Shown: in pieces, positions 13,046-25,959 of the stretch
Layout of the letters: each line of letters begins with the position of its first letter
How positions within the stretch are numbered: the stretch's first letter is position 1
Source: Camelus ferus
Taxonomy: Eukaryota
Length of the DNA stretch: 64,000 bases
Assembly: GCF_009834535.1 (NCBI RefSeq)
Contig: NC_045709.1
Location: 35,154,001 to 35,218,000 of the forward strand
Reading direction: 5' to 3'
The notes under the pieces: generated by a model
The model's database searches: none
Told to the model about the DNA's origin: nothing
The model's input: the letters and a program-made list of their open reading frames with translations, nothing else
Position numbers and translations under genes: made by a program

Positions 13046-14499
13046 GAGGATGCCTGTCCTGAGCTAGGAGCCAACAACGGGGAGCTTGTCCACAGCAATC
13101 CTCAGGCTGATTGGACCCTGCAGCACGTGAGGTGTCACGGGGGACATGGCTGCCTTCACCTCTTAGAAAAAGCTGACCACATACGACGTTTTTCCCATTT
13201 ATTTTCAGGACAGCAGTAAGCATCTCACTGATGGTCCCCATGTTGTTTCTGCTTGGGCTAATTTTAATTCCATCTCATCAGGTCCCTTCGTAATAGATGC
13301 TGACAGTTCCAGATGCCAGGCCCTCAGGGAGAGCAGCTGCTTATCCCCTCAGGACTAATCTCAACGGCTTAACCTCTAAGACGGCAGGTCTTCCTCTAGA
13401 GTTTTGCAGGAGAGAAAGCATACAGCACAGGTCAGGCCGACAGCCACACGGACATCACTGTACTCAGAGTATCTCTTTATCTGGACGGTGATCTCAGACA
13501 GCAGACTTCTGTCCCATTTGTTGTTAACCCAAGTGCCTCACAGAAGACCTACACATAATAAAAGCTCAATGAAAGCTTGAAGAATGTCACTGGATGTGGT
13601 AGGTACTGACCAACTGAAAATTAACAGTTACCTGAACATTTTACAGATTGGTTACTATACAAGGATAGTTCAAATAAATGCTTGTCATCTACTGTCTGTA
13701 AAAGATATTTTGTTTTGTTTTTAAGCCTCACACAATGGTGTTAACTGGAGTTCACATTAAGTGTACGATCTTAGACGCCATACACACAGCCAGATTTACA
13801 CTCAGTAGCAATGAAACTGCTCTCCATTTTCTAAGAGGAAAATCTCTTAGAATTTCCTATGTTGTGCTTAATTTAATCTCAATACTCTGCATTAGCCCAA
13901 GTAACATTAAAGCTAATTCTTTCTTTGGCAAAAGGAAGCCATGACTGGATTTACTTGCCCACGTGTACACAGACGAGGCCAGGCACATGGATCCCCGTCT
14001 GCCATGGGATGTGCTGTGCTCTCCTGATTCCCAGCATTGGACCATTACAGCATAGAAGTACATGCTAATGGTCCATGGGATCAATTCCAGCAGTAGCTGA
14101 CAGCTGATCCTGAATATTTGAGTACACAGATCACAAACATTAATGAGTTACAAAATAAAATATCCTCCCACTGAGTCAAATCGCTCATACACAGAAAGAA
14201 GCACTAGGACAGCAGTGCCTACAAGGCCCAGAAATAGAATTCATAACATATGACGGCCCAATGAAGACATTTGGGAGCTTGGTAAAAATAATGATGTAAT
14301 GGGAAACGACTCAGAATCAGAAAATGTAAATGTCACGTAGGCCAATATCGCACCAAATACAGAAATCTCATTCACTGGCTCTCTGAAGGGGGGTTACATG
14401 TCTGCCCGAACACTTGTGGAAACCAGGTCTTACTAACTTCATCAGAACAAGTATTCCATTTGCAGGCGTCCCTTACCATTAGACTTAACAGCACCAATT

Positions 14500-15540
14500 A
14501 AATGTCAGATGTCACGCTGGATTCCAAGGATAAAATTATAGAAGACATTGTTTCTATCCTCAAAGGCCTCAGAATCTATTGGAGGAGAAAATAAAAAATT
14601 CTGCAGGTGAAATGGCCAGTGAGGGGGTAGAGAGAGGCTTGGGAGCACAGAGGAGAAACATCCCACGTAAGAAATCAGGAAGGGCTCACAAGTGACAGTG
14701 CTTGAGGTCCACACTCAAGTCTGCTCAAGAAAGAAGGGGCCAAGACCGTCCAAAGCAGCACAGATGTGAAACCCAGGGGGCGCAGTGAGCCTGGGGATCT
14801 GTGCGCCCCTCAGGAGATCCCAGTTGCTTCATGAAGGGCCTTGTGTACGGGGCTAAGGAGTTTGGATTTCATTCCAAAGATGAAGAAAAACCACTGAAGA
14901 ATGACATGCTCAGATATATATAAACGCAGCTGGAACACTGCTCATTACTCCTGACTGTGCCACTTGCTAGATGAACGTTAGTCCTCCCCCAGAAACCTGA
15001 AGCTCTCTGAAGGCAGGGATCGAGTCTGTTTTGTTGACCCATGTGTTCCCATTACCTAATAAAGTATCTGGGATAGAGCAGGTATTGAGTAGACACTGAA
15101 CGGATCAATCAATCAATCAAGAAATGAGTGGTCTTGGGGGAGGGGTGAGTTGAAAGGGGAATCCTTAAGGGAGACAGTAAGACCAGCCAGTCTAAGGATT
15201 CCTCTAAGCCTGGTTATGGGAGAAATCAAAGATGACTCTCAGTATGGTCAGTGAGGCTGATTGTAAGCAACAGTGATTTTAAAAGATTCAAGAACAAAGC
15301 ATTAGGGACAAGTAAGGGAGAGTACATTCAGTTTCAGGCACACTGAGCTTGGAGTATCTGATATCTAAGGAACAGCAAAGAGGGGCTACCAAGTCATACT
15401 TGGGTCTGCTTACACAGAGAGGGATATGTGGCCTAAAATCAATTCAGGCAGCCATTGTAGGGCCACTGACGAGGCCAGGAGGCCACTGGAGAGAACACAG
15501 TACCCTGGAGAGAGACTTCAGTCTAGACGTTGTGAAAACT
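14500..15540. mobile_element. Cluster of L2 fragments in both orientations
   Basis: ggggctaaggagtttggatttcattcc (antisense L2); aagctctctgaaggcagggatc...tcaatcaatcaa (sense 3' end); cagtttcaggcacactgagcttggag. Confidence 0.6.
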
Positions 15541-15542
15541 GA

Positions 15543-16082
15543 TGTTGCAGGAGAATGGGGGCACGTGAGGATGGTCAAGTCCCAGGTCTTTGGCGAGCCC
15601 CTGGGGCCCACCCCACTAATTGAGGGTCCTTGGACTCATGCAGGAAAGAATTCAAGAGTGAGTGGGAGTAGACTGAAAGTAGATTTATTCAGGGAGATAC
15701 ACACTCCACAGACAGGCTACCTGAGAAGGCAAGAGAGGCCCTAGGGTACAGGGCTGTTTAGTTTTTAGGGGCTGGGTAATTTCATACGCTACCAAGTGGG
15801 AGACTTATTCTAACTATTTTAGGAACAAGGTGGGGGCTTCCAAGAATTGGGCCACCGCCCACTTTTTGGCCTTGTTGGCCAGCCTCAGAACTGTCATGGC
15901 ACCTGTGGGTGTGTCATTTGGCATGCTAATACATTACAATGAGCAAATAATGAGGCTCAAGGGCCACTGGAAGTCAAGTCTTCCACCATCTTGGACTTAG
16001 TTGGTTCTAACCAGTTAACCTATTCTCAAATGCTGTGTCATTTTTTTAATAGCTGTGCCCTGACTCCTTCCCTCATGTCTCA
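15543..16082 (-). mobile_element. ERV1 solo LTR, MER41-like
   Basis: Minus-strand ends TGAGACA...TGCAACA; hallmarks caagatgg, gcatgcta, aataaatctactttca, ctcttgaattctttcctgcatgag; paralogous to 53002-53475. Confidence 0.85.
15838..15846. promoter_or_regulatory. GAS/STAT motif TTCCAAGAA in the MER41-like LTR
   Basis: Exact TTC-N3-GAA match at the position homologous to the motif in the second LTR. Confidence 0.5.
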
Positions 16083-17624
16083 TTGGGATGGTTTTGTGCC
16101 ACATAACGACTCCTATGAAGTTCACTATTTTAACCACAAACAATTGTTGGAAAGCAACAACTATTTGCTATAAGCATTTCAACTTTTAAGATTGCTAATA
16201 GCTGGAGCATGAACTAGATTATCTCCACAAAGAAGACTGCAGTTTGCATGCTGGCTATTGGATTAAAAAGCAACTGAGAACAAACATGCATAACAAAATT
16301 ACCCCACTGGCAGATGTAAGAAGGACTGATGATGATTCTATTCACTACAACCAAGATCCAGTCAGGTTCTGAGTTTCTGTGAGAACAAGGGGGCAGATTA
16401 TAGGAAAGATAATGAGCATGTTTTAACGTCTAGCACGCACCTGGCTTTCCCAGACTGCCAGTGACATCACTAGGCAGCCATACATCTTCCCAGAGCCTCT
16501 TTGAGAAGCAAAAACACTCAGAAAATTCTGAATGAAATAAATGAACAGCTGATCTAGGAGAAAAGAAAATGTAGCTGTTGGGAAGAAGTTGGGTCATGAT
16601 TCAGAAAATCTAAATTAATCTGTTTTCTTTCAATCTTGTTAACTCCTTACAAGTAAGATAGTCTTCAGGTTGGGGAGGGAAGGAGAACCTCTTTCATATT
16701 AGAACAAACGTAGAAAAAAATTTTCAAGGTGTACATTTTTCCCCCTTCAAAATTAAAACAGCTTTGTTAAGTCTGATCAAGGGAAATGTACATTATCACA
16801 ATCTAGATTACCTGCTTTCTTGAAAAATGTGAATGAGAATATCAGCACTACTTTTTAGATACTAAAATAAAAATACCAGCACATTTTTGAAAAGTAGCAA
16901 TGTGGGGGTAGCTTTCAAAATTTTTTGTTCTGCAATCAGATCACAAGTCAGACCATGTTAGACTGTTAGTGTGGCTTTCAGGTCCCAGGGAACTCATCTC
17001 TGATACAGGAATAAAGTTTTCTCATCTATCCAATAGGGAATGAGTATCTGAGCATTAGCTCGATGTGTGCTTTAGCTAGGGGGGAATCAATAGCCAGCAG
17101 TTGTTGACGAAAGTGCAGGTCCTGTGCCTGGTTTTAATCTCATGTACAAGTTACCCTGATGCACACCAAGAGCCTCAGAATAATATTAAAAATTAACCTT
17201 CTCAACTCATTTGTGAGATCAAGCTCCACTTGCAAATATAACCAGAAAAAGACAGTGAGGAAGAAAGGAGCCAGCCATCTAAGATACACCTGGGATTTGT
17301 AATTCTAAAAAGTCCAGGAATCCCTAGGATAATCAGGAGAATACTAGGGGCAACCTGTTCAATCAATTACTGAGACTGTAAAGAGTTATTACTATTTTTT
17401 CCAAGTATCCTTGTGCCTGATAAAGCCAACTTAACCACCGAGCTCTTAGGGATCAATTTCAAGCTCATTTCTTATGTACAAACATTTCTTATGGAGTTTC
17501 ACTACATAGGTAGTGACGGCAGAGCCAGGCCAGGGCATAGGTAGGTAAAATTATGGTATGTACATCATCTCTGATTTTTTTTAAGACATTTATACATAGT
17601 CGGGAGGTGGTGACTATGGCAAAC

Positions 17625-17826
17625 CAAATGCTAACCAACAGAGCTTTCTGCAATGGCGGGAATGTTCTAGATATATCTGCACTGTCTAATATGGTAGCCA
17701 CTAGCCATATGTAGCAATTGAGAACTTAAAACACGACTGAGGTGACCAAGGAACTAACATTGAAATTATATTTTAATTTAAATAGCCGTATGTGGCTGGT
17801 GGCTACCATATTGGACAGTGTAGCCT
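17625..17826. mobile_element. MER3 hAT MITE
   Basis: ctttctgcaatggcgggaatgttctag...ctgtctaatatggtagccactagccatatgtagc...gtggctggtggctaccatattggacagtgtag. Confidence 0.88.
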
Positions 17827-18649
17827 TAGAAGACACAATCTAACATCTTTGTCAGCTGCACATCCAAATACAAAATTCTAACCTTAAAAATTTTAGGATT
17901 TTATTAAGGAAAGTGTATATCCTTAGGTATAGTCAGCAAAAACCCGTACTTGGAGCAGTGTGTTTTATAAACAAGCTAATTAATTAATTGTCATCTTCAG
18001 AAATACAGACTAACCATACTGGCAAATGTTCAGTTAAAGGTACATCAATTACGTAAAAGCACAGATCTTTAGTTTTACTTCTCCAAAGTAAGAAGGACTA
18101 TCTGAAAAAATAGTACTGGACTGGCTGATAAAAATCAAGTTTATCATCAAAAAACAAATTAAGATAAAAAAACAAACCAACCAAAACAACAGCATCCTAG
18201 AATTCCATAACAAATCTCAGGCTTGGCTGCTGTCAGGACCCGTGACCCACATTCCAGCCATTTCTGTGGCCTCGTCTTCATTATCTGGCCTCCCTCCGAG
18301 GCCTTCTGATTACACCAACACCTCAGGAAACTCTGCTGGTCCCTTGTGCATTTAGAGGACACACCAAGGTTGTAATTACCATGAGTAACATTTTCTAAAA
18401 GGAATGCCTGTTGCAGTCCAAGTCCTGAGGAGCCTGAGGATAGGTCTGCACCCCAAGTACTTGTAGCCTTTCTTGACATTCCTTTTGCATAAACAGCTTC
18501 CCCTCAAACTCCCCACTGGTTTCCTCCTTGGAGTGACTAAAGATGCCCTCATTTTCCTTATGAAAATTTCAAGCAAAGTCAAATTACAGGAAAGCCATTT
18601 TCATTCACCAAAGCACATACACAGATTACAGCATTTATGTAGTGTTATC

Positions 18650-20322
18650 CTGTTTAATCAAGAAAAATGATCCTTTCTAAAGTATAGGAAGACGAATTCT
18701 CTCAAGTGCACATAAAGCCCTTCATTACACAGAAATGCATAATAACATGCATACTTAACATAATTTTAGTAAAATGCATCTTCTAAGAGAGTGAGTACAA
18801 TGACATCTCATATTTACAGCAATGTCAAAGAAATAAAGCATTCAACAGGAGAGAATTTTCTAGAACTTCCTTTTTTTGGGGGGGGGAACAGGCATCTATA
18901 ATGGAACTTTATTACAAAATTATAAAGCAGAGCTCTGTAACAAAAAATACACATTTGGGTTTGCTTTAACACCCAAGTAAGTCTGAGAAAATACTAATAT
19001 GAGCCACTTGAAATAACACATTCACATCCAAAAAATTTCGACAAATTTATACAATATATATTGTGCATTAATTCCTATACAGCTTACTCTTACTAGTGTG
19101 GATTCAGCTATTCCAGTGTATTATGAACCAGTCAGCTATCCAAGGCTTTTCAAACAACTCTCAACTGAAATCTCAGAACAATCCCAGCAAAAGCCATGGA
19201 ATAACTGGAAGAATTAGATGTTTCCATGATACTTAAGACCAAGGATCCATGAGGGGCAGGACAGAGCACTAAAGGGTAAAATTCAGGTTTTCTACCTAGA
19301 TTAGATAGTAACTGAAATGGGGTCCGGCAATTCCCAACTTTTATCTGGTAAAATAATAAAGAAGATATAAAAAATGGAGAGGGGGTTGTCTGACATCTTG
19401 TTTTTCCAAATGGAAACCTTCAGCAAAAGAGATTAGAAGAATTCAAGGCAGGTTCTTTCTCCAAAATGAGTAAATGACATCAGTTCTCTTACTGAGGTTA
19501 CAAACCAGCCATAAGGATTTTAACTCACATCTAGGAGGGAAACAGAGAGGTAGGGAGAGGTAAGGCCTCAACAGAGAAAGCAAGTTTTAAACAGGGAGAC
19601 AGAGCCAGCTTCTGCTCTGGAGTTACTGCTAGGCTGAAACTGAGCTGCATACACGCAGATCTGTTTCACAGTGGGCCCAAGGAACAGCCTGAATCTTCTG
19701 CTAAGCTAGTAGGCACTGTAAAATGTAGTATTTACTGTCCAGCAGAAAGGTGAAAGATGGTGTCTTCACAGGGAAATCTTGAACGCCCCAGTTCCCTGCA
19801 AAGCTCAGAATCTAATCACTGAGGACTTGGGATAATGCGGAGGTAAGTGGCCCAGTGTTCAGCTGACAACCACTTTATGAAATTATTTCATTCCCCCAAA
19901 GGGGATTAGTGGTACCAATAAATAGGCCCCCTTCGAGGTTTCTCACTGCTTTCCAAAGTCATGATTGGTTCTTCTAGTCTGAGAGATTTTGGCTGTGGGG
20001 GTAGGGTAGAGCTTCCTTTTTTTAAGATCCAATCTCTTTTAATCCTCTTTGATAGAAGTCATTTCTAAATATGGTTATAATTCCTTGGGTGCTTAAAGAG
20101 CTGAATTTTAAACTTTTTATTGAGCATTCATTCTCATTACTACCATTCTGACTGTAGCACTCTAAATCTCTGTGCCTGCTTCTGAGTTACCGTCTACTTC
20201 TTCAAAGTCAGAGCATCAGCTATCCACTTTCTGCCCAATAAAAGCTTCCAGCTTTCTCTGTGTGAGGAACAATAACTAGGCCTCTGGATGTTAACTGAAT
20301 TAATCATGCTTTGAATGAGGAA
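18650..20322 (-). other. Candidate terminal exon / 3'UTR of an unidentified gene
   Basis: Acceptor cctgtcctttactctttag| at 20322; early stops in two phases (VPHSKHD* or SSSFKA*); about 1.6 kb with no recognisable repeats; AATAAA at 20116-20121 and 18909-18914 (context tgtattttttgttacag...ttttgtAATAAAag); ATTAAA at 18653-18658. Confidence 0.45.
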
Positions 20323-21039
20323 CTAAAGAGTAAAGGACAGGACTGAGGGGCGGGAGGATTTCTGCCAAATGAAGCATTCAGAGGTTCACCCGCCCGCCGG
20401 GTCCTCCCACCCCCATCTGCGTTAGTTTTACATGTGCTAAAAGAAGCAGGGGGGGGGGGGGCAGAAGCGTGGCCTCCAAACACCTCAAGTCCAAACTCCA
20501 ATTAATATAAAATTAACTGGTTAATTTACTATTAGCCAGAATTCAGTTTACCATATAATTCTTGCAATAATCAGCGAGGTTTGTAGCTCATTAACAGCTT
20601 AGGGATGCCTGTCATCAATTTCCAAATGCCAAAGGCTTATCTTCAATGGTGACCGTGGAGCAAATGTCATTTGCAGTTAGTGCCAACTTTTTCTGGTTCA
20701 AATTCGCTGCTGCTTAATGCATTTGGGTGACCTGCTGTCAGTGACTTCCTTGTGCTGGTTTTCTGGGCAGGTAGGGACAGGGAGTGAACGCAGGGCAGCA
20801 AGGAAATGCGAGCCAGAGGCAGGCCCGAGCACTCGCCTCACTCAGGAGAATGGTGAACAGACTGAATGCCGCTAAAAAGTCATTCCTCTGAAAACTCTTC
20901 ATGAAACTAATGATTTTTTAATCACCTGTTACCCATAAATGTAAATGTTCTCATTTCTGCTTTTATTATTTATAATATTTGTCCAAAAAGATTTTTTTAA
21001 ACAGTATTGCATGAAGTCCTTTAAAAACTCACTCATAAC

Positions 21040-21171
21040 GGGGGGAGGGTATAGCTCAATGGTAGAGTGTGTGCTTAGCATGCCTGAGGTCCTGAGTTCA
21101 ACCCCCAGTATCTCCATTAATAAATTAACAAACAAACCTAATCCCCGTCCGTCCCCCAAAAAGAAAAAAAT
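21040..21171 (+). mobile_element. Vic-1-like SINE, long form
   Basis: gggggagggtatagctcaatggtagagtgtgtgcttagcatgcctgaggtcctgagttcaacccccag; TSD actcataac on both sides. Confidence 0.93.
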
Positions 21172-22404
21172 ACTCATAACAAAGGCAAGCTTATCTGTAT
21201 TTCTGCTTTCTTTCATGTGGATCTGGCTATCTATAGTCTATGGATAAAATACGATGGGCCCTAAGCGAGTGGGTGAACAGCACCCTGAACAAGAATATTG
21301 TAGGTTTTTTTTTTTTAAATATTGTGTTTTCTAAAAAGAGAACTATGAAATCAATCAAATTGAGCAACCAATCAATAAAGTTCTTGCAGTCAGATTTCCT
21401 GTAAAATATCATTAACTTATCAGACTTAGGATTTAAAGACATGTGCGCAGACAGAAATCACCTAAGGGCTGGGTTGAATGATTAACTTGTTCATGTTGCT
21501 CATTTAGCAAACACAGTCACAGGGCAGACAGTGGTTCAGTGTCCCTCCAGGCACTGCTCGGCTTGGGGATGCAACATGGAAACAGGCAGGAGCACTGGGG
21601 ACTGGGGGGTACCCAGGACAGACACCTGACTGCCCTGGATGGGTCGGGAGGGCTTCCTGCAGGAGGGGGCATCTCGGCCAACACAAGGATGAGGGAGACT
21701 TGGATGAACCGTGGCTGGGCTTGGCTCAGGAAGGCACCAGGCTATGGATGTGGCAAAGCTGGGAACTGGTGGGCCAACAACAGTTTGGGGTTTCTACTGT
21801 GGCACTTTTGGGGCTGGAGAAGGGGGCAGAGGTGGTACTAGGAGCGAACTGATCCTGAAAGCCCCTTTCCGAAGGTATGAGTGGAAGTACTGGAGGTGGG
21901 GGTGGGGGAGCAGCACACCGACAGGAGGGAAGTGGGAGTCGGGCTAGACGCTGAGGAAGACGGGCAAAGGCAGGCATCAAAGGGGCAAAGAGGCGGGGGA
22001 CCGGGGCACTGATGTGACGGGGTTATATGCTGCAGGGAAGGAGCTGGGGCAAAGGGAGAGGTTGAGATCTCCTGAGAAAGGCACTGTGGGCATCAGAACA
22101 GGCCCTCTGAGGACATGGGCAGGGGTGAGACCTGAGGCCAGGGCAAGGTCACAAGTCTCCCACGTGGCCTGTGTCTCTACCCCATGAGCTGCGCCTGTCG
22201 GCCCACGTGCTCTCTTGAGATTGCTCATCCTTACCCAAGCCTCTGACAAGCAACAGCGCCAAAGCAGGAGATGACCGAAGAAGTGCCGTCCGCGGGCAGA
22301 GCGGCCTCCAGCGCGGGACAGCTGCCCCTGCCTCACGGCTCGGCCAAATCTCTTCTCACGCGGAGCAGGACAAACCTCTAACCTGCTCTGCCCACTCGGG
22401 AGCC

Positions 22405-22475
22405 ACCAGCCACATGTGGCTACTGCACATTTAAATTGATTAGAATGAAACAAACCTAGAAATTCAGTTTCTTGG
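22405..22475. mobile_element. MER33/MER3-type MITE fragment
   Basis: cagccacatgtggctactgcacatttaaattgattag...aaattcagtttc. Confidence 0.6.
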
Positions 22476-22489
22476 TCTCAAGAGCTGCC

Positions 22490-22635
22490 TTTTTTTTGTA
22501 CCGAAGCATCATCGATTGACAATATTGTGCTAATTCCAAGGGCAACGCAAAGTGATTCGGTTACACAGACATGTATACATGTATATTTCTTTTTTTGATT
22601 CTTTCCCGTTCTAGTTTATTAAGAGCTGCATTGTA
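22490..22635 (-). mobile_element. L1 3' tip (artiodactyl-type)
   Basis: T tail then gattgacaatattgtgctaattcc...aaagtgattcggttacac...tatatttctttttttgattctttccc. Confidence 0.7.
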
Positions 22636-23342
22636 AGTGGCCCCAGGGTGGCACAGACACAGAACGTTTCCTTCGTCACAGGAAGTCTTGTCAGCACTGC
22701 TGTCACCTCACACTGTGTGGCATCTGTTTCAACAGCATATGCGAGCAGTGAACACATTAAATTTTACTAATAAAAAGAGAAATTCCACTCCCGCATCACT
22801 GATCATCTCAACATTCTCAGCAAAGAGAATCAATGTGGAAAATAAAAATAAACACCACTTTGACATTCTTTGGGAGCTATAAAATATTCAAAGAATCATA
22901 ATTGAAGCAACAAATTTCAAAGGTCGGAGCAGTTTGCTAGAATGTTTTTCCACAGTGCATATCTAAACTTACCATTCATTTATTATGCTGTCTATGTGGA
23001 TAAATAACATCCAAATGATAAGGGAAATATTGCCGCCTAGTCATGATAGGCATCAAAAAGTCTTCCAAAATGTTCACGAGGCATGTTTTTAAACTTATAA
23101 TGTAGTCCATTAAACCAAGGGGCAGAAAACCAGAATGGAGGATGTGCTGAAAGTACATTTAGGAATTGGTAGCTTTGACAAGTCCTGTGGGTTTTAATGT
23201 AAGTTTATTGAACAGATAGTAGTAGTTATGCCAGTAAATGTATGATCTAAATAGTCAAGTAGCTACACACCATGAGCGCAGGGACAAGACTGAAATAAAG
23301 CACTGGATCCAAGCTGTCTGCATGCTAAGGTCACCTGGAGAG

Positions 23343-23343
<1 letters not shown>

Positions 23344-23382
<39 letters not shown>

Positions 23383-23410
23383 TCACTCACTCACTCTCTC
23401 TCTCTCTCTC
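23344..23410. repeat. Compound microsatellite (CA)n-(CTCA)n-(CT)n
   Basis: Directly visible in the sequence. Confidence 0.97.
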
Positions 23411-25959
23411 ATGCATGTGGTGCACCACTGCCCAGCCCCAGACTGTGCCCCTCACAGTCAGTCAAGGGTGGGAGGTGGGGGCAAGCACTTGTATTTTTCA
23501 AGAACCCTTGGGGGGATGCCAACATGCAGACAGAGTTGGAAACGACCACATGGATTAGACAAAGCTTTCACATCGTCTCTGTGCTCACATTAAAGCCTCA
23601 TTACGGACCCGTGGGAGAAAACACAGCCCTTCTTAAAAGTCACAATATTTCCCTTAAGCTCAATTTAAAACCACATCCTTGTATCTGCCAAGTCAGGGGT
23701 TTTTAACCCTGGCTGCACGTCAGAATCACCTGGAAAGTGATCCAAGTGCCTGGTTGCTTGGGAAATTGAAAAGGCAGCCATGTGCCCAAAGTCTGCCCAA
23801 GGAAACCAGATTCATTGTACCAAATCCATCTGAAGTCCTGCCACCACTACAGGAACTTATCCCCAAGGCTGCAGCCAGGAGGTGCTCAGGACAAACCTTC
23901 ACTCAACTCCCCTGGACCACCAGCTCCCACCTCCTCACAGTATGTGGGCAGCAACCAGCACGGGAAAAGTGCTTATTGAACAAATGGGATCGATCCATGT
24001 GGCTATGGATCATCATTTTACAAAAGAAGAGTAAAATTAAAATCTTTCTTTCCAGAGGAAATCCAAGAGCCCAGATATGCTCTGGGACTGTATCCTGATT
24101 TGAGTTCCCAAATCACTTTGAACAAAATCAGTATTTGTATTTATAATGCTGAGGCTTTTGTATCCATTAGCTTTTGCCATGAAAAAGAAGTATGAGAAAA
24201 TCTTAAAATTAGAACAGAAGAGCAAATAATCCCACAAGTGAGCAGCTACTGGAATCTTCCCCCATCTCAACTTCCGTCTCCCTCTCAGTCATGCCTGCCT
24301 TGTTGGAAATATACCCCGTGTGGGTGGTGGGGCAGCAGTGAGAAACCCCTTCCTCTGCACAGGGTTTGGGAGCTGTCATCAGGTCTTGGGAAAGACATGG
24401 GGAGATAGTACATCGTCTTCAATTACATCATGGAACCTAACCACTGTTTAAACCTTTGCACTATTTAAACCATGGCATAGGAAAATTCCATCTTTGGAAC
24501 TTTTTGAATACCAGAAAGCCGACTTATTTTAGTTCTTTCGTAAACAAAAAACCAACTGGAAAAATAACATAACATGAAAGACAGTTTTAAAACAGGAAAA
24601 AAAATTACCCATTTTCCCTTTACCCTGACACAACTACAGGCAAGAAGTTTCCCTTGCTATCCCAAAGCAGTGTGATCCGACGAAACCTTTCGTAAAAAGA
24701 GATGTCATAAAGTGAAGAGTATCCCATGCTTTAGTTCGTTTGGATTTCTTCTGGTTCGTGAAAACAGGTACTAACGTAGATATTTTGTAAAAGTGAAGTG
24801 GCCTAACTTGAGCTTTCAGAAATCGGGGGACACCTGTATTTATCAGCTAGTTAAGGTCTTCTATTTTGTTTACTGGAGCAGTATCCCCACACAGCTTTTG
24901 CCATCAAGGCTGACGTATAATCTTAGATTCTGCCATTTCTCCTTGACAGTTACGCTGTAATGTCTGAATCAACAACTGCATAAAATAGGCAGAGTAGAAC
25001 GTAGCGCCCAAGGAGGAACTCGGTCTACAACTGCTTACAAATCCTGGACACCCCAGGCAAAATCAGCCAGAGCCAATGTTTCTTCTCGTCTTTTTCAGAG
25101 ACTCTGAAACACTCAATAGTCTAGAAACCGATCTCATCCTTGGCATTTGGGTCCCCATTCCATCAACTACCTTAACCAAGGGAGGGCTGAACACGGCAGT
25201 CTGGCGTCCAGGTATGCTTAACCACATCCGCGCCGGCCGGACCTGCCATCATGAGCCAACTGAGCAGCCGACATCAAACAAAGTGGACTCCACCTGTCTG
25301 CAGGCCTCAGGAAAAGGAAGGAGGGACTGCCAGCGTCACTTAGGACTTCTGACGTTTACATCCAGTCTCCTTCAACCTCTTGTTAGTTTAACATGCAGAT
25401 CAGAACTCTGCACCTTCGCAATGAAAATGCTTTTCAAGTGCCTTAGGAGGTCCACGCATGAAAGAGTGTTCTGTGTTTCTCAACGGTGCTGAAACACATC
25501 ACAAATCACGCTGCCTCCTGCCCAGAAAGTGACCAGGAGGTTACACGTCAGCCATTCGTCAGTCTAAGGTCTTCTTCTCTGCTCCGGCCTGACACTGTTC
25601 AGCCACCAGCGCCAACCAGTCGCTGGGAAAGTGGGACATTTTATATTAACTAATTGTCACCACAGTTCAGCTCAGTCTTTCAGAGATACAGAAAAAGGAA
25701 AAGTGGCGGGAAGTGGTGGGGGGAGAAGTAACTTCCTCTCAAAACCTAAAAATGTTACCAATTCCTCTGCTCAGATAAGCATTTTCCTTACTAAAAACAA
25801 GTCAAATTTTGCCTTGAGGGAAACATAATTAAATCCATTAATTTTTTTGACTACAGAATATTTTAAAACATGTACCGAATTATCATCCAACTTCCACCAT
25901 GGTCAACTCACGGCAGACTGCATCTCATTTATCTCCCTAACAACACCCACATACCCATT

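Noticed and set aside
13632-13695. 64-nt exon-like segment with an open frame
   Set aside because: Short pyrimidine tract, not frame-preserving, unrecognised peptide; such AG/GT pairs are expected by chance
13828-13851. 9-bp inverted repeat ttctaagag/ctcttagaa
   Set aside because: AT-rich short hairpin, too small for a pre-miRNA and expected by chance
16484-16553. Strong acceptor ttttcttttctcctag with a GTATGG donor
   Set aside because: The segment resembles a decayed L2 3' end; treated as a pseudo-exon
18826-18840. Plus-strand AATAAA suggesting a plus-strand 3' end
   Set aside because: The surrounding sequence is A-rich on the plus strand and U/TGTA-rich on the minus strand, and the better splice and poly(A) signals are on the minus strand; not fully excluded
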